From contig CM022671.1 in the NCBI GenBank assembly GCA_012295275.1, positions 6,448,001-6,512,000 on the forward strand: DNA of 64,000 bases, given 5' to 3'. Each line of letters begins with the position of its first letter. Within the stretch, counting starts at the first letter, position 1. Position numbers and translations under genes: made by a program. The notes below the pieces were generated by a model, which saw nothing but the letters and a program-made list of their open reading frames with translations, was not told where the DNA came from and searched no databases. Below, one piece after another: positions 1-34,400 of the stretch. This stretch comes from Chrysomallon squamiferum. Lineage: Eukaryota > Animalia > Mollusca.

Positions 1-420
1 GTAACCACTAACAAGGTTTGAGAAACTGTAACCTTTCATTCATTAGACCAATGTTGTAACCACTAACAAGGTTTGAAACTGTAACCTTTCACTCATTAGA
101 CCAGTGCTGTAACCACTAACAAGGTTTGAAACTGTAACCTTTCATTCATTAGCCCAGTGTTGTAACCACTAACAAGGTTTGAAACTGTAACCTTTCACTC
201 ATTAGACCAGTGTTGTAACCACTAACAAGGTTTGAAACTGTAACCTTTCATTCATTAAACCAATGTTGTAACCACTAACAAGGTTTGAAACTGTAACCTT
301 TCATTCATCAGACCAATGTTGTAACCAGTAACAAGGTTTGAAACTGTAACCTTTCATTCATTAGACCAGTGTTGTAACCACTAACAAGGTTTGAAAATGT
401 AACCTTTCATTCATTAGACC
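1..420. repeat. 53-bp minisatellite, about 8 copies, runs off the left edge
   Basis: Unit gtaaccactaacaaggtttgaaactgtaacctttcattcattagaccagtgtt restarts at about 1, 56, 109, 162, 215, 268, 321 and 374. Confidence 0.95.
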
Positions 421-2048
421 ACTCTACCCACTGGACTGCTGTTACTTCATCACACTAAGTAAACAGCTCTGTCTACATACAAGATTGGTGACTTTACGGC
501 TATCCACACACACACATAAACATAATGAAGGCAATTTGAGAGAAAATAAATTCAGCAAGCAAGCTTAATGAAGTAGACGTTTTCTATTAGTGATCTGTGG
601 TTCCACACACCAATCCGTTTTCCACTGATGACAATGTTAGTGACTTCAAACAGATGGAATTAAGAGCTGTAAATGAATGATGAATTACATCAAATAATTT
701 TTTTTAGGTTTGGGTTTCAGCTGAAGTTAGGATTGAGGTTTCAGCTGATGTTAAGGTTGAAGTGGGCTTACATAAAAGATGGAATTCATCAAAGCTGAGA
801 TGGAATTTTAAAAGTAAATTGACATAGTCTGTACAAACACAGAGAAAACAGTTTTCAAAATGTTGCACAAAGGTCAAGTTAAACTCAGAAACAGAAAAAT
901 AATTTCTCAATGTTCTTGTTTTAATTTTTTTTTTTTTTTTATTATAATATTTTGTACATGTTGTATTAACAAACAGAATTTATTGTATTCTCTTTGTCTT
1001 AAGTATTGATTCATTTAAATTTATTACCGTTTAATGTCTGTGTGTGTGTATACATGTTTGTTTGTATGTATGTATGTGTATACAAACAAACACACACACC
1101 CACACACACACAAACACTCATACACACATACACAGAGAATACACATATAGTATTTAACACAAATTTGTATATAACAAAATGTAGAAAATGCAGTTTACTA
1201 GATCAAAGAGGAGACATTTCTAAAATAAAACTGTTTTACAAGGTTATACAACTTGTAAAGTTCAGAACAGTTGCCCTTAGCAACAAACTTATCTACTGAG
1301 AGACGAGTAAGCAGATTGTAAACAAGTCACTGATTGGTTAAACAAACAATGTGATACACTGACCTAGTTTCACCTTCACTAGGTCAATACACATTTAAAA
1401 GGTCAGTTTCCGTTCTCTGATTAAACCTGTTTAGTAAGACCACCACTTATTGTAATATCACGTATTCACTGTTATCTTTAAAACAATCATTTATTACTAG
1501 GTCAGTTGATAAATCATACCATCTGCACATTTGTCTACATCGTTCACTTTTAAAGTGAAAACTGCCTACTAAAACCACCTGTATAATAACAGAATCAGCA
1601 ATATCAACTAGAATAACTGTTTTCTAAGACCACCTGTGTACACAGAACGTATGATTTTGCAGTCAAGAAATAGTACAAATAACAAAACAAATGTTTAATA
1701 GTGATGATGATGATGATGATGATGATAATGATGAAAAACAAATGGATGAAAGAGAATATATCAACAGTGACATGCTGAAGTAATTTGACCTGGATATACT
1801 GTAACAACCTGAGTTTTGGAAACATTACTACTACCTCTTGGTTAAAATGTCTGATTACATTTTCTTTTCTTCTTCTTTTTTTATTATTATTATTAGCAGT
1901 AGTAGTGGTAGTAGCAGCTGTAGTAGTAGTAGTATTAGTAGATTTGTTGTTTATCTTGTAATTATTATTATTATTATTTGTTTACTTTTCATTTTTTTCT
2001 CTTGTGGATTTCATACTTTTTCCTTGTTTGCAATTTCAGATCAATGAG

Positions 2049-2082
<34 letters not shown>

Positions 2083-2255
2083 TATTTTTGTCGATTTTGG
2101 ATACAAAATCTGAAAGAATTACAACAATGGTGTAACAAAGAAAGAACTGTTTTATGATACAAATATTGATTTCCTTATTCTGATGTACAGACACCATGAC
2201 ACAAATATCAAACATAATTTCCTTTGTTAGACATTCCAATTAATCTTTTTATTTT

Positions 2256-2287
<32 letters not shown>

Positions 2288-2369
2288 GTTTCCACAGCGA
2301 CACGAAAGAACCACTCCCTACTCATTATTAATTTATCAGATTTCTTTTAAAAAGTCACATCATTTCTGA

Positions 2370-2460
2370 GCAGCAGGTTAGAACTGGAAATAGATCAATA
2401 GTAACACTGATGAGGACTGATCCTGTGATTGACATGAGAGCACTCTACCCACTGGACTAC
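2370..2460 (-). mobile_element. degenerate tRNA-derived SINE-like fragment
   Basis: The minus strand reads tagtccagtgggtagagtg (Pol III A-box-like), then ...caggatcagtcc (degenerate B-box region). The 18-mer cactctacccactggact is shared with 420-437. Confidence 0.45.
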
Positions 2461-3177
2461 TTGTACATGTACAGAACATGTTTTTGTATTCAGAAAAGAA
2501 AACAACAACAATAAGATAGGTGTGAGTTTACAATTGCAAGGTAATTAATTACACGTATGAATAAAGACAGGAAAATACTGAAAATATCAGGTGTGTCACC
2601 ACACCTACATAGGTTATTTTTAATCACAAAACCCAGGATATTAATTCACATTAAATAACAGAGTATTCTTACATTAAATACTAGTCTATTTTTACATTAA
2701 ATTTTTACATTAAATACTATAAATGTATATATAATGACTTTTTGATAACAGTAAGATAAAAATAGTATCGAATAACTTTCAAATTACAAACATTTACTCA
2801 ATGACCTTGACTTAGGCATGGAACTTGCTAAACAACTTGTAACTAACAATGACTTTTGTTCTAAACAGTTCACAGGCAACAATAGTGTTTACTAAACAAC
2901 TGAGTTAAAAACACAGTTTACTAGATAAACCTGAACTAAAAGGCCAATTAGTAAATGAGTAGAATATACATGGTTATCTAAATGACATTTAAATAAAAGG
3001 TTTGTGCCCAAAAGATGTGAATGAAATGGTGTTTTACAATGTTTTTATTTACTTCCTTCAATCGTACACTAAGTACTTTGTGTAACATTGTAGTACTACT
3101 TTACTTAAATGTTTTATTTAAATGGTGATCTGGCTTATGTAAAATAAAAAGTATGTATAAGTAAGTAAGTAAGTAAG

Positions 3178-3216
<39 letters not shown>

Positions 3217-3840
3217 AATATTATAAAATTAAAAAAATATATATATGAATGTATAACTTTTAACTTTTACTATCATCAGCAACAACAAAATTAAAAATTA
3301 AAAAAAGCTAAATAAATTATTAAATTAATTAAAATAAACCAGTAAAATTAAATTAACAAATAACTGAATGTTATATCAATGAATAACAAATAAATAATAA
3401 AACATTAGTAACAACTCATCTTGAAAATTAACAACTAAGATTTATTTACATCTGCAATCATTTTGTTGATACAAAAACTGATGTTTTTATTTTTTTTCTT
3501 GCCAAGATTTTTGAATTTTTTTTTGTTCAAATCAAACACAACAAATACTTTCAGATTTTAAAAAAATATATCTGCCAATTTCCTTCAGTCTTGAAAAAGC
3601 ACTGATACAATAACCAGAACAACTCACAAAAATCAATAATTTTTATGGCTGCTATAAATTCTTTCAATATTTCTGACATTTTTTTTAATTAGAAAAATTC
3701 AAAAAAAATAAAAAAAAAAATTAAAAATTAAAAAAATAAAATATAAAAGAAAAAAGAACAAAAGAAGAACAGGAATGTTAGAAAAGAAAAGGCAAAACAC
3801 AGAGAGAAAAGAAAGTCGTGATTTTTCTAGAATGACTCAC

Positions 3841-20257
<16,417 letters not shown>

Positions 20258-20668
20258 TACAACTGTCACTGAAAATGCATCTCAAAGAAAACCGCTATTT
20301 CTGCCCACCGACCGATTCCACGCAATCGAATGATCAATCACGCTACTCGGATAGTATCCCGACCGCCCTCAAAAAGACACGTGGTATGACCATAACCCTT
20401 GACCTGGTAATATGTCAAAGGACGCACATGCCACAGCCTGGATTTGCTAAATTTAGACAGTGATATTTACCGCGCAACAAGGAATATGTAAAATTGTCGG
20501 CCCCAGAAAGGCGTGCCTTGACATTACCCGAATGTAAAGCTTCAAGGAAAAACACTGTGTGTGTTGCGCTTTAATAAAATATTAATTAGCTGCATAAGAG
20601 TTGTTGTAAATTATTTATTTGTTTTAATTAAGTTACTAATTTATAAAAAAAAAAAAAATTTAAAAAGC

Positions 20669-20708
<40 letters not shown>

Positions 20709-20979
20709 CTTGCAGTTTATATGTAGGCCATATCAGCTATTTTGTTCGATTTTATTTATTTATTTATTTATTTATTTGCAGCTGTTTGACGTATAACGAT
20801 GTTATAAATTTGTAAAGCTGTTTTCGCTCACTTTTGCTCGTCAGATTAACCAATTTTTCGTTCCCAACATCCTCATGTATTGTTAATTGCAGGTGTTTTG
20901 ATAAGATGCAATGCATGCTAAAATTAAGAACATCTAAATGCAGCTTGACACGGGTAATATTATTATTATTATTATTATT

Positions 20980-21021
<42 letters not shown>

Positions 21022-21224
21022 GACGTCGTCGTCATCGTCGTCGTCATCGTATGTATTTATTTCGGGGAAAATATATGATAAATACTAATATACAGATCAT
21101 TGTTACCTAATTAATTACAATAATTCTATTGTCATTATTTTAATTTTTCATAAAAATAATGAATTATGAGAATAGTATTTCAATAAAATGTTGATGGTTG
21201 TTTAGATTACTGTATTGCTATCGA

Positions 21225-21272
21225 GCGTCACTTCCGTTTTGATTGCTTTAGCAACGTCCGTTGCTAAGAAAT
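21225..21272 (+). promoter_or_regulatory. tektin promoter: tandem RFX X-box pair plus ETS-like motif
   Basis: attgctttagcaac (21242-21255) and gttgctaagaaat (21260-21272) resemble the X-box GTTGCYATGGCAAC, and cacttccg lies just upstream. A probable 5'UTR exon ends at 21351 (g|gtaagt). Confidence 0.7.
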
Positions 21273-21965
21273 TGTTCATTCGATCGGTGAAAACAATAAA
21301 CGTTACAAAATACAACAGTCGTCCACATTTATTGAATATTTGGTTAATCGGGTAAGTAACAGTTTTGAATAGAAGATTAATTAACATTCTAAGTTTATAA
21401 AGCATCATTTTTAAAATTCTAAAGTGCTTAAAACTGTAATTTAACACTCTTTTCAAGATATTGTTTACTCACTATCATAATCTGCAGTTTCTGAATTTGT
21501 TAAAAATGAACTTCTAAAGAAAAACAACTGACTGTTTGCTGAAGCTAGAAACAGAATATAAATAAATACGTTTTCTTGCAACTACTGATATTTAGTAATT
21601 ACTCTGAGCGTATTAAGTTCTTCCACTGTAATAGGTTTATAAACAAATTACTGTACAATACTTTAGTTCTTTTTCGTTTTTACCTATTTTCGTACTGTTT
21701 GTTTTTAGCCTCACACTTTACTTTTGTGGGTAAACTAATATATCAGTTTTAAAATTACTGATATGGGTCATGTATAATAGCATATACTCTAAAGCTGATT
21801 TAACAGTTACCACGAATTTAGCACAGTTATAATACATTAGTTTTTAATCACTGTTATTATGGATAGTTGATCTTTTTGAATGAAAGATACATTTACACTT
21901 TATTTGAGCAGTTTTCTGTTGTTATTTTAAATTTAAAGTTTATTTATTGTTTGTAATTTATAGTC

Positions 21966-25295
<3,330 letters not shown>

Positions 25296-25429
25296 ATGTG
25301 AGGATATCAGACTGAAAAAATCCCCTCCCCAGCTAAATGTTGATGGATGTGAAGGAAGTTGTTGGACAAATTTCTTTAGCAATTAACATTGTTAATTTTT
25401 AAATTTAAAAAAAAAATAATAATTCATCA

Positions 25430-25472
<43 letters not shown>

Positions 25473-25822
25473 TTATTTATTTATTTATTTATTATTTATT
25501 TGATTTGAAGTTTTTTTAATATCTATTTTGTGCATATCCAACAGAATAAACCATCTGTTCCCACCAAACAGAATTGTCTATAGCATGTGTGTCTCCTTTA
25601 CAATGTAACCACATTTTGTTTTAATCTAAAATCCACAGAGATACTCCTTAAATTATTTGCTGATCTAACTGTACACCAGTGATCTCCCTTTCCTTTAAAC
25701 CTGCTGATTTAATCATAATTGTATCAGTCACTTTCACTTAAAACTATTCCCATAGCAATATGCTGATGTCATTGTCTTCTTTAATTTTTTAATACTTTTA
25801 TTATTATTATTGTTATTATTAC

Positions 25823-25874
<52 letters not shown>

Positions 25875-27376
25875 TTAAACGTAGCTTCTTTACAGCATAT
25901 GTTTTATTGAGAAAGTGTTAAAATGATTTTGAAGTTTGTAGCAATAAACTAAATTTAAACATTAAACTTGATTTAAAATATTACAAGTTGTTATTGTGTA
26001 TTAAACTATAAACTATGTAAATGTATTCACAGCTGTAAAATGTACATTGTTATTTGTAATGCAAAATAAATAAAATAATAATAGTATTTGTCAGCTGGTC
26101 TATATACTTTTTTTTTTTTTTCATGTAGAAGAAATGAATGTATTTTAAGAAAAATTTAAAAAGTATAATTTACATGAAGGCTTGTACACATTAACAGTAT
26201 TTTTGCATTTCATCTGTCTTTACACAATTCATGAAATATACATTAAAATATTTATCAAATATTCTGAGTTGAGTTTTCAATCTTACAAGACAACATTGTA
26301 GAGTGTAGTCTTTGTAATTCATATACTGATAAACATACATAAAACACCCATGACAGATATTAAAAATAATGGTAATTTAACGATTTTAAAATATAATAAC
26401 AAATCATAATTTGTTTTTTTTTCTAACCTAATGATTAAAGAATTTCTGGAACACAACTCACAGTTAGAAATGTTTTATTTTTTAAATGTAGTCACATAAA
26501 ATATAATAAGTATTATTAATATTTAAAATATAATTTTTATTTGGAGATTTAAGAGAAAGATAAACATGCATAGCAGTGCAAATGAAAAATATAAACAAAC
26601 GTATTTGACAAAAAATAATAAACACAGCTTGTATGAACACTTTCTTCACAATTTAAAAAATAATTAATTAAAATCCTCTGTCCACTTACACAAGTGTTAT
26701 TTTTAAAACAGGTAATCAGTCTGATAAAATGTTAATAAGCTGCCATGATGAAATTCAATAAAATCTTTGAAAATATTTGTTTTACACATTTTTAACATGA
26801 GTAGTTTTCAAACTGTTTCGTTTAAACATATATTGATATAAAGAAATTGATGTATCTGAACATGTCAGTATCAATACACAATGAGGATGTGACTCTTCTG
26901 CCTGAGGCAAATTTCTCCATTCTAAACTAGTTTAACCTATTTAATACTGAAATGACTTCTAACCTTCATCTTTTAATAATTAACACTTTTCCTATATCTT
27001 ACAACAAATGAAATCTTTGAGGTTTTTTTAATATACATTTATATATACAAACATACTTGTACAGTAAGTTTATGGAACATACATATACCCTAATGGAAAT
27101 ATCTGTGTCAGTTTTAAATGATGCGTTTATTTAGAACATCAGCGAATTCATTTTGTGTTTATACAAATGTTGTCATTTTGCTTCATGCTATTTTTAGTGA
27201 TGATGTGTTTGTGACATCCAAATTAAAATGTTCAAAAATGCTTTAATTTCATCAACTTGTTTTCTTTTGAAAGTTCTGCATGATTAAACTGAAAATGAAG
27301 ACTCTAAACACACAAAATTAATTAGTAATCTGTGGAACTGGGATTTCTGTCTATCACAGTGTGAGATTATCATGGC

Positions 27377-27606
27377 AGTATGTTAAAGTTTAGAAACTCA
27401 ATACATTAATTAGTACCAACTATTTATTTTTACAGTTTAGTAACTGTAATAGTAGTATGTTAAAGTTTAAAAATTCAATACATTAATTAGTACCAACTAA
27501 TTATTTTTATAGTTTAGTAACTGTAATAGTAGTATGTTAAAGTTTAGAAATTCAATACATTAATTAGTACCAACTAATTATTTTTTACAGTTTAGTAACT
27601 GTAACA
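27377..27606. repeat. 77-bp tandem repeat, 3 copies
   Basis: agtatgttaaagttt restarts at 27377, 27454 and 27531. Confidence 0.9.
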
Positions 27607-27849
27607 GTTATAACACATTAAGAAATACAGGAATAGCAAAGTTCTTTGGAATGCTGTTTTCCTGTAGCCTATATCTGTTTCTGATATCAAAGCTTTCATC
27701 AGAATCACCAGTTTGTAACACTGCAGTTTTTTTCAACATAATCAGAGAAATGCATTTCATATAAGTTGATAATGTAACCATAACAAAACAACAGTTTTAT
27801 ACTTGCAGTGTTACAGTAACCATACACAACTATTACTGTTGTCTTACAC

Positions 27850-28410
27850 TGATGTTATATTGCAGTAGTTATAAAATAATTACTGAATGTTACAGTCTGA
27901 CACTGTGTTACAGTAGTTATAAAATAATTACTGAATGTTACAGTCTGACATTGTGTTACAGTAGTTATAATATAGTTACTGAATGTTACAGTCTGACATT
28001 GTGTTACAGTAGTTATAAAATAATTACTGAATGTTACAGTCTGACACCGTGTTACAGTAGTTATAATATAGTTACTGAATGTTAGTCTGACATTGTGTTA
28101 CAGTAGTTATAATATAGTTACTGAATGTTACAGTCTGACATTGTGTTACAGTAGTTATAATATAATTACTGAATGTTACAGTCTGACATTGTGTTGCAGT
28201 AGTTATAAAATAATTACTGACATTGTGTTACAGTAGTTACAAAATAATTATTATCGCACTATCTGACCCTGTGTTATGTTAATTATAAAATAATTATTGT
28301 CGCACTATCTCACACTCTGTTATGCTAATTATAAAATAATTACCGTCGCACTATCTGACACTCTGTTACATTCATTGTAAAACAATCACTGAATGCTACA
28401 TTATCTGACA
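27850..28410. repeat. 48-bp minisatellite in the FBXO21 3'UTR, grading into the stop-codon region
   Basis: Unit ttactgaatgttacagtctgacattgtgttacagtagttataaaataa (27881, 27929, ...). Variant units with tatctgaca continue up to the stop codon at 28401. Confidence 0.88.
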
Positions 28411-31400
28411 GTGGAATTGTAAAACTCTGTAACCAGTTTGTTTGTTTCTTCCACGTCGTCAGGATACTCTTGATGTTTTTCACTGTTAGGGACATAGTGG
28501 GTTGAGCAGAACCGCTCAAAGTAGCGGCCAACTTCCGGGTGACTTATCACCCCTGGATTGTCCATGTACAGGAGATTTTCTGAAAAATATAGCATTTAGA
28601 TAAACTGTCATCTGCAGCCAAGTCGTTGTAGTTTTATTTACAGCATGCAGGGTACTCAGGAAACCAAATGTAATAAAGAAGCACTGCTGTATCTAAAATG
28701 TACAAAGTATGCCCAGTGCCAAAGGTAACACACACACACATACTGACAGACAGATGGACACAGAGACAAAAATACATCTTGTATCTAGAACATTGAAAGT
28801 TTATTCATAAGAAAATATAACAAACAATGATTTTCAGCAGTATATGAATACAGATATGTGAAGATGATACAAATATCATGACTGTGATGATTCTGTGTCG
28901 TTATCAGCATAAACAGTCTGAGGTGAATTAAACATGTAACGTTTGTATGCGCACACTTTTCTGTATTAAAAAAAATACTTCATTCAGGTAGCCATTGTTA
29001 AACTATGTACAGAATATTGTATAATATGTTAAAACAGACAATGTATTGTACAAAACGTTAAAATAGACAGCTTATTGTACAATATATTAAATTATTTACA
29101 ATTTGTTGTACAGTATGTTAATCTTTCTACAATGTATTGTACAATATGTCAAACTAGACAATGTATTGTACAATATGTCAAAAGATGGTCAATACACTGT
29201 AGAGTATGTTAAAACAATGTACAATACATTAGAATAGATCATTATGGAACAGTATGTTAATGTGCTGTTATTTACCTTGTGCTGCGTATCTGTTGCTTCC
29301 GTCCTCAACAAGAACGTTGTAAAATGGCTGATACTGCTGCTGAGGCAGATTGTTGACACCCATCTGTACAATCCACTCATCACTGGCCTGGCAGGTGTTG
29401 TCCCACCCATAGATAACACACATGTAGTCATACCTGTAACATACAACACACGTGTAGTTAGTCATATCTGTAACAAATATAACAAAGTCATTTTCTGTAA
29501 CATACAAAAACATGTATCATATCTGTAACATACCATACAAATAGTCATACCTGTAACATACTCACATGTAGTCATACCTGTAACATACAACAGATGTGTA
29601 GTCATATCTGTAACATACAACACACATGTAGTCATACCTGTAACATACAACACACATGTAGTCATACCTGTAACATACAACACACATGTAGTCATATCTG
29701 TAACATACAACAGATGTGTATTCATATCTGAAACATATAACACATATGTAGTCTTATCTGTAACATACAACAGATATGTTGTCAAATCTGTAACATACAA
29801 CAAACATGTTATCATATATGTAACATACAACAGATGTGTAGTCATACCTGTAACATACAACACACATGTAGTCATATCTGTAACATACAACACACGTGTA
29901 GTCATATCTGTAACATACAATACACGTGTAGTCATATCTGTAACATACAACACACATGTAGTCATATCTGTAACATACAATACACGTGTAGTCATATCTG
30001 TAACATACAAACACGTGTAGTCATATCTGTAACATACAACACACATGTAGTCATATCTGTAACATACAACACACATGTAGTCATATCTGTAACATATAAC
30101 ACATATGTAGTCATATCTGTAACATACAACAGACGTGTAGTCATATCTGTAACACACAACACAGGTGTAGTCATATCTGTGACATACAACACACGTGTAG
30201 TCATATCTCTAACATACAACACACGTGTAGTCATACCTGTAACATACAACAGACGTGTAGTCATACCTGTAACATACAACACACGTGTAGTCATATCTGT
30301 AACACACAACACACGTGTAGTCATATCTGTAATACACAACACACGTGTAGTCATATTTGTAACGTACAACACAGGTGTAGTCATATCTGTAACATACAAC
30401 ATATGTGTAGTCATATCTGTGACATACAACAGACAATTAGTCATATCTGTAAAATATAACACAAATGTAGTCTTATCTGTAACATACAACAGATATGTTG
30501 TCATATCTGTAACGTACAACACACATGTAGTCATATCTGTAACATACAACAGACATGTAGTCATATTTGTAACATACAATAGATGTGTATTCATATCTGT
30601 AACATACAACACACGTGTAGTCATATCTGTAACATACAATACACGTGTAGTCATATCTGTAACATACAATACACGTGTAGTCATATCTGTAACATACAAT
30701 ACACGTGTAGTCATATCTCTAACATACAACACACGTGTAGTCATACCTGTAACATACAACAGACGTGTAGTCATACCTGTAACATACAACACACATGTAG
30801 TCATATCTGTAACATACAACACACGTGTAGTCATATCTGTAATACATAACAACACGTGTAGTCATATTTGTAACGTACAACACAGGTGTAGTCATATCTG
30901 TAACATACAACACATATGTAGTCATATCTGTGACATATACAACAGACAATTAGTCATATCTGTAAAATATAACACAAATGTAGTCTTATCTGTAACATAC
31001 AACAGATATGTTGTCATATCTGTAACGTACAACACACATGTAGTCATATCTGTAACATACAACAGACATGTAGTCATATTTGTAACATACAATAGATGTG
31101 TATTCATATCTGTAACATACAACACACGTGTAGTCATATCTGTAACATACAATACACGTGTAGTCATATCTGTAACATACAATACACGTGTAGTCATATC
31201 TGTAACATACAACACACATGTAGTCATATCTGTAACATACAACACACATGTAGTCATATCTGTAACATACAACACACATGTAGTCATATCTGTAACATAT
31301 AACACATATGTAGTCATATCTGTAACATACAACAGACGTGTAGTCATATCTGTAACACACAACACAGGTGTAGTCATATCTGTGACATACAACACACGTG

Positions 31401-34400
31401 TAGTCATATCTCTAACATACAACACACGTGTAGTCATACCTGTAACATACAACAGACGTGTAGTCATACCTGTAACATACAACACACGTGTAGTCATATC
31501 TGTAACACACAACACACGTGTAGTCATATCTGTAACACACAACACACGTGTAGTCATATTTGTAACGTACAACACAGGTGTAGTCATATCTGTAACATAC
31601 AACATATGTGTAGTCATATCTGTGACATACAACAGACAATTAGTCATATCTGTAAAATATAACACAAATGTAGTCTTATCTGTAACATACAACAGATATG
31701 TTGTCATATCTGTAACGTACAACACACATGTAGTCATATCTGTAACATACAACAGACATGTAGTCATATTTGTAACATACAATAGATGTGTATTCATATC
31801 TGTAACATACAACACACATGTAGTCATCTGTAACATACAACACACATGTAATTGTAGCTGTAACATACAACACATATGTAGTCATACTTGTAACATACAA
31901 CACAGTCATATCTGTAATGTACAACATACGTGTAATCATATCTGTAACAAATAAGATGTCATATCTATAATATACAATAAACATGTAACCACCTGTATAA
32001 TATACAACAGTCATATTCATAACATAAAACACAAGTACATGTTCACATTTACAAATGACATGGTTGTCTACCCTGTATGTAGCTCTTCATGGTGAGAAGA
32101 TATAAAAGTTACCTTTTGTGCTTCATAATCATTCCAACAGAAAACTTCACATCTTTATTGTCTTTCCTGAATTTTGGCTTTTTCTGCAATATTAAATAAG
32201 AATGAAAAAAGATTATTTATACTACTAACAGAAATAATTAAAAAGTTTAGTTTTCATACTTCCTGTAATTGTGTAACCAGGGCAAACAACTCTGTCATTA
32301 CTGATACAAATGATCAATTTGACATGAGTAGGTGACAATCTTAATTTTGACCAATTTTTTTAATTCAGTGTCTTTTGACAGACAAATGCTGTGTTTGCTA
32401 AGTATATTTTAATGTTAAAATATGGTTATAATGCTGATACAAGAGAGATCATCTACAGATATCTTTCTAAAGTCTACATTATCAAACAGAGACAACACAT
32501 ATATATTTAATGTATATTAAACCAAAAACAAGAAAACACATAACACAGTAAAATTTAACTTGTTATATAAGTCATATACAGATACACACAATTATCAACA
32601 ATGGCTGGGAACACCCTAACATGAACCCCAACAAGAACAGAACTATGACTGAATCTGTCGCACTCCTCTAACCAAAGTTCTACTCACAATTTTAGTATGC
32701 TTAAAATGTTCTGTTTAATATTAAACACAAATTTTCTACATTTTACTGGAAAAGATCCGAAACAAAAACTAAAAACCTTTTTGCTGTTTTTGCTGGCGTT
32801 GTTATTCTCCTGCATCTGCACCTGGGCTTCTTGCTGTAGGAAAGCCACAATTCCCATCCGACTTGCGTCGAGATCGGCAATCCTCTGTAAGCTGTCCAGA
32901 ACCTGAAAACACAACCCACCCACATCACTGTTTAATTATAGCTTGTTCATTCGAGTTTATATTAAAAAACACAGGCATTTACTTCAGATAGTTTTTTCTA
33001 CAAGTGAAGATGTTTTACGTACTTCAAAATAAATTTTTATTTAAATGTAGATATTTACTTGTTTGAGTTCATTTTAGATTTAACTGTAATGTTTACTTAC
33101 ATGAAGTACATTATATTTAATTGTAGATGTTTACTTATTTGAGGAAAGTTTATATTTAAGTGTAGATGATTACTTACTTGAATTAAGTTAATAATTAAAA
33201 GCAAATGTTTACTTACTTGAAGTAAGTTAATAATTAAATGTAGATGTTTACTTACTTGAAGTAAGTTAATATTGAAATGTAGATGTTTACTTACTTGAGG
33301 CAGGTTTACATTTAAATGTAGATGTTTACTTACTTGAGGGTGGTTTATTTTCAAGTGTAGATGTTTACTTACTTGAGGTACATTTACATTTAAGTGTAGA
33401 TGTTTACTTACTTGAAGCAAGTTAATATTTAAATGTAGATGTTTACTTACTTGAGCTAGGTTTATAGTTAGGTGTAGATGTTTACATACTTGAGGTAGGT
33501 TTATATTTAGGTGAAGATAGATTCGAACTTGTAGAAGTCTCATCTCTAGATCATCAGGACAGATAGTGAGGAAGAGTTCCAAGGCATTTCTGAGAAACAT
33601 CAGACTGTCGATTGTCTGACTCTGATGTCTGCCAATTCCTATCAGGTTCCGAGCCATCCTCTCAAACACCTGTAATAATACACACACACATGAATTATAA
33701 AACACCTGTAATAATACACACACACATGAATTATCAAAGATCTGTAATAATACACACACTAAATTATCAAACACCTGTAATACACACACTGAATTATCAA
33801 ACACCTATAATAATACACACACACATGAATTATCAAAGATCTGTAATAATACACACACACATGAATTATCAAACACCTGTAATAATACACACACTGAATT
33901 ATCAAACACCTATAATAATACACACAATGAATTATCAAACACCTGTAATACACACACACATACACTGAATTATCAAACACCTGTAATAACAACACACACA
34001 CATGAATTATCAAACACCTGTAATAATACACACACACACATGAATTATCAAACACCTGTAATAATACACACACACACATGAATTATCAAACACCTGTAAT
34101 AATACACACACTGAATTATCAAACACCTGTAATAACAACACACACACATGAATTATCAAACACCTGTAATAATACACACACATGAATTATCAAACACCTG
34201 TAATAATACACACACATGAATTATCAAACACCTGTAATAACACACACATGAATTATCAAACACCTGTAATAATACACACACACACATGAATTATCAAACA
34301 CCTGTAATAATACACACACTGAATTATCAAACACCTGTAATAACAACACACACACACGAATTATAAAACACCTGTAATAACACACACTGAATTATCAAAC

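Noticed and set aside
1-420. Regular repeats here and at 29415-36390 as CRISPR arrays
   Set aside because: Units are contiguous with no unique spacers, there are no cas genes, and the context is eukaryotic introns.
1395-1660. Repeated (t)aagaccacc motifs suggesting a pogo-MITE remnant
   Set aside because: No definable termini or TSD.
29834-31954. 706-aa plus-strand ORF and overlapping minus-strand ORFs (VVISVTYNTR / CYRYDYT repeats)
   Set aside because: Translation of a stop-free 30-bp minisatellite within FBXO21 intron 10. It is open in several frames on both strands and drifts between unit registers, so there is no independent coding evidence.
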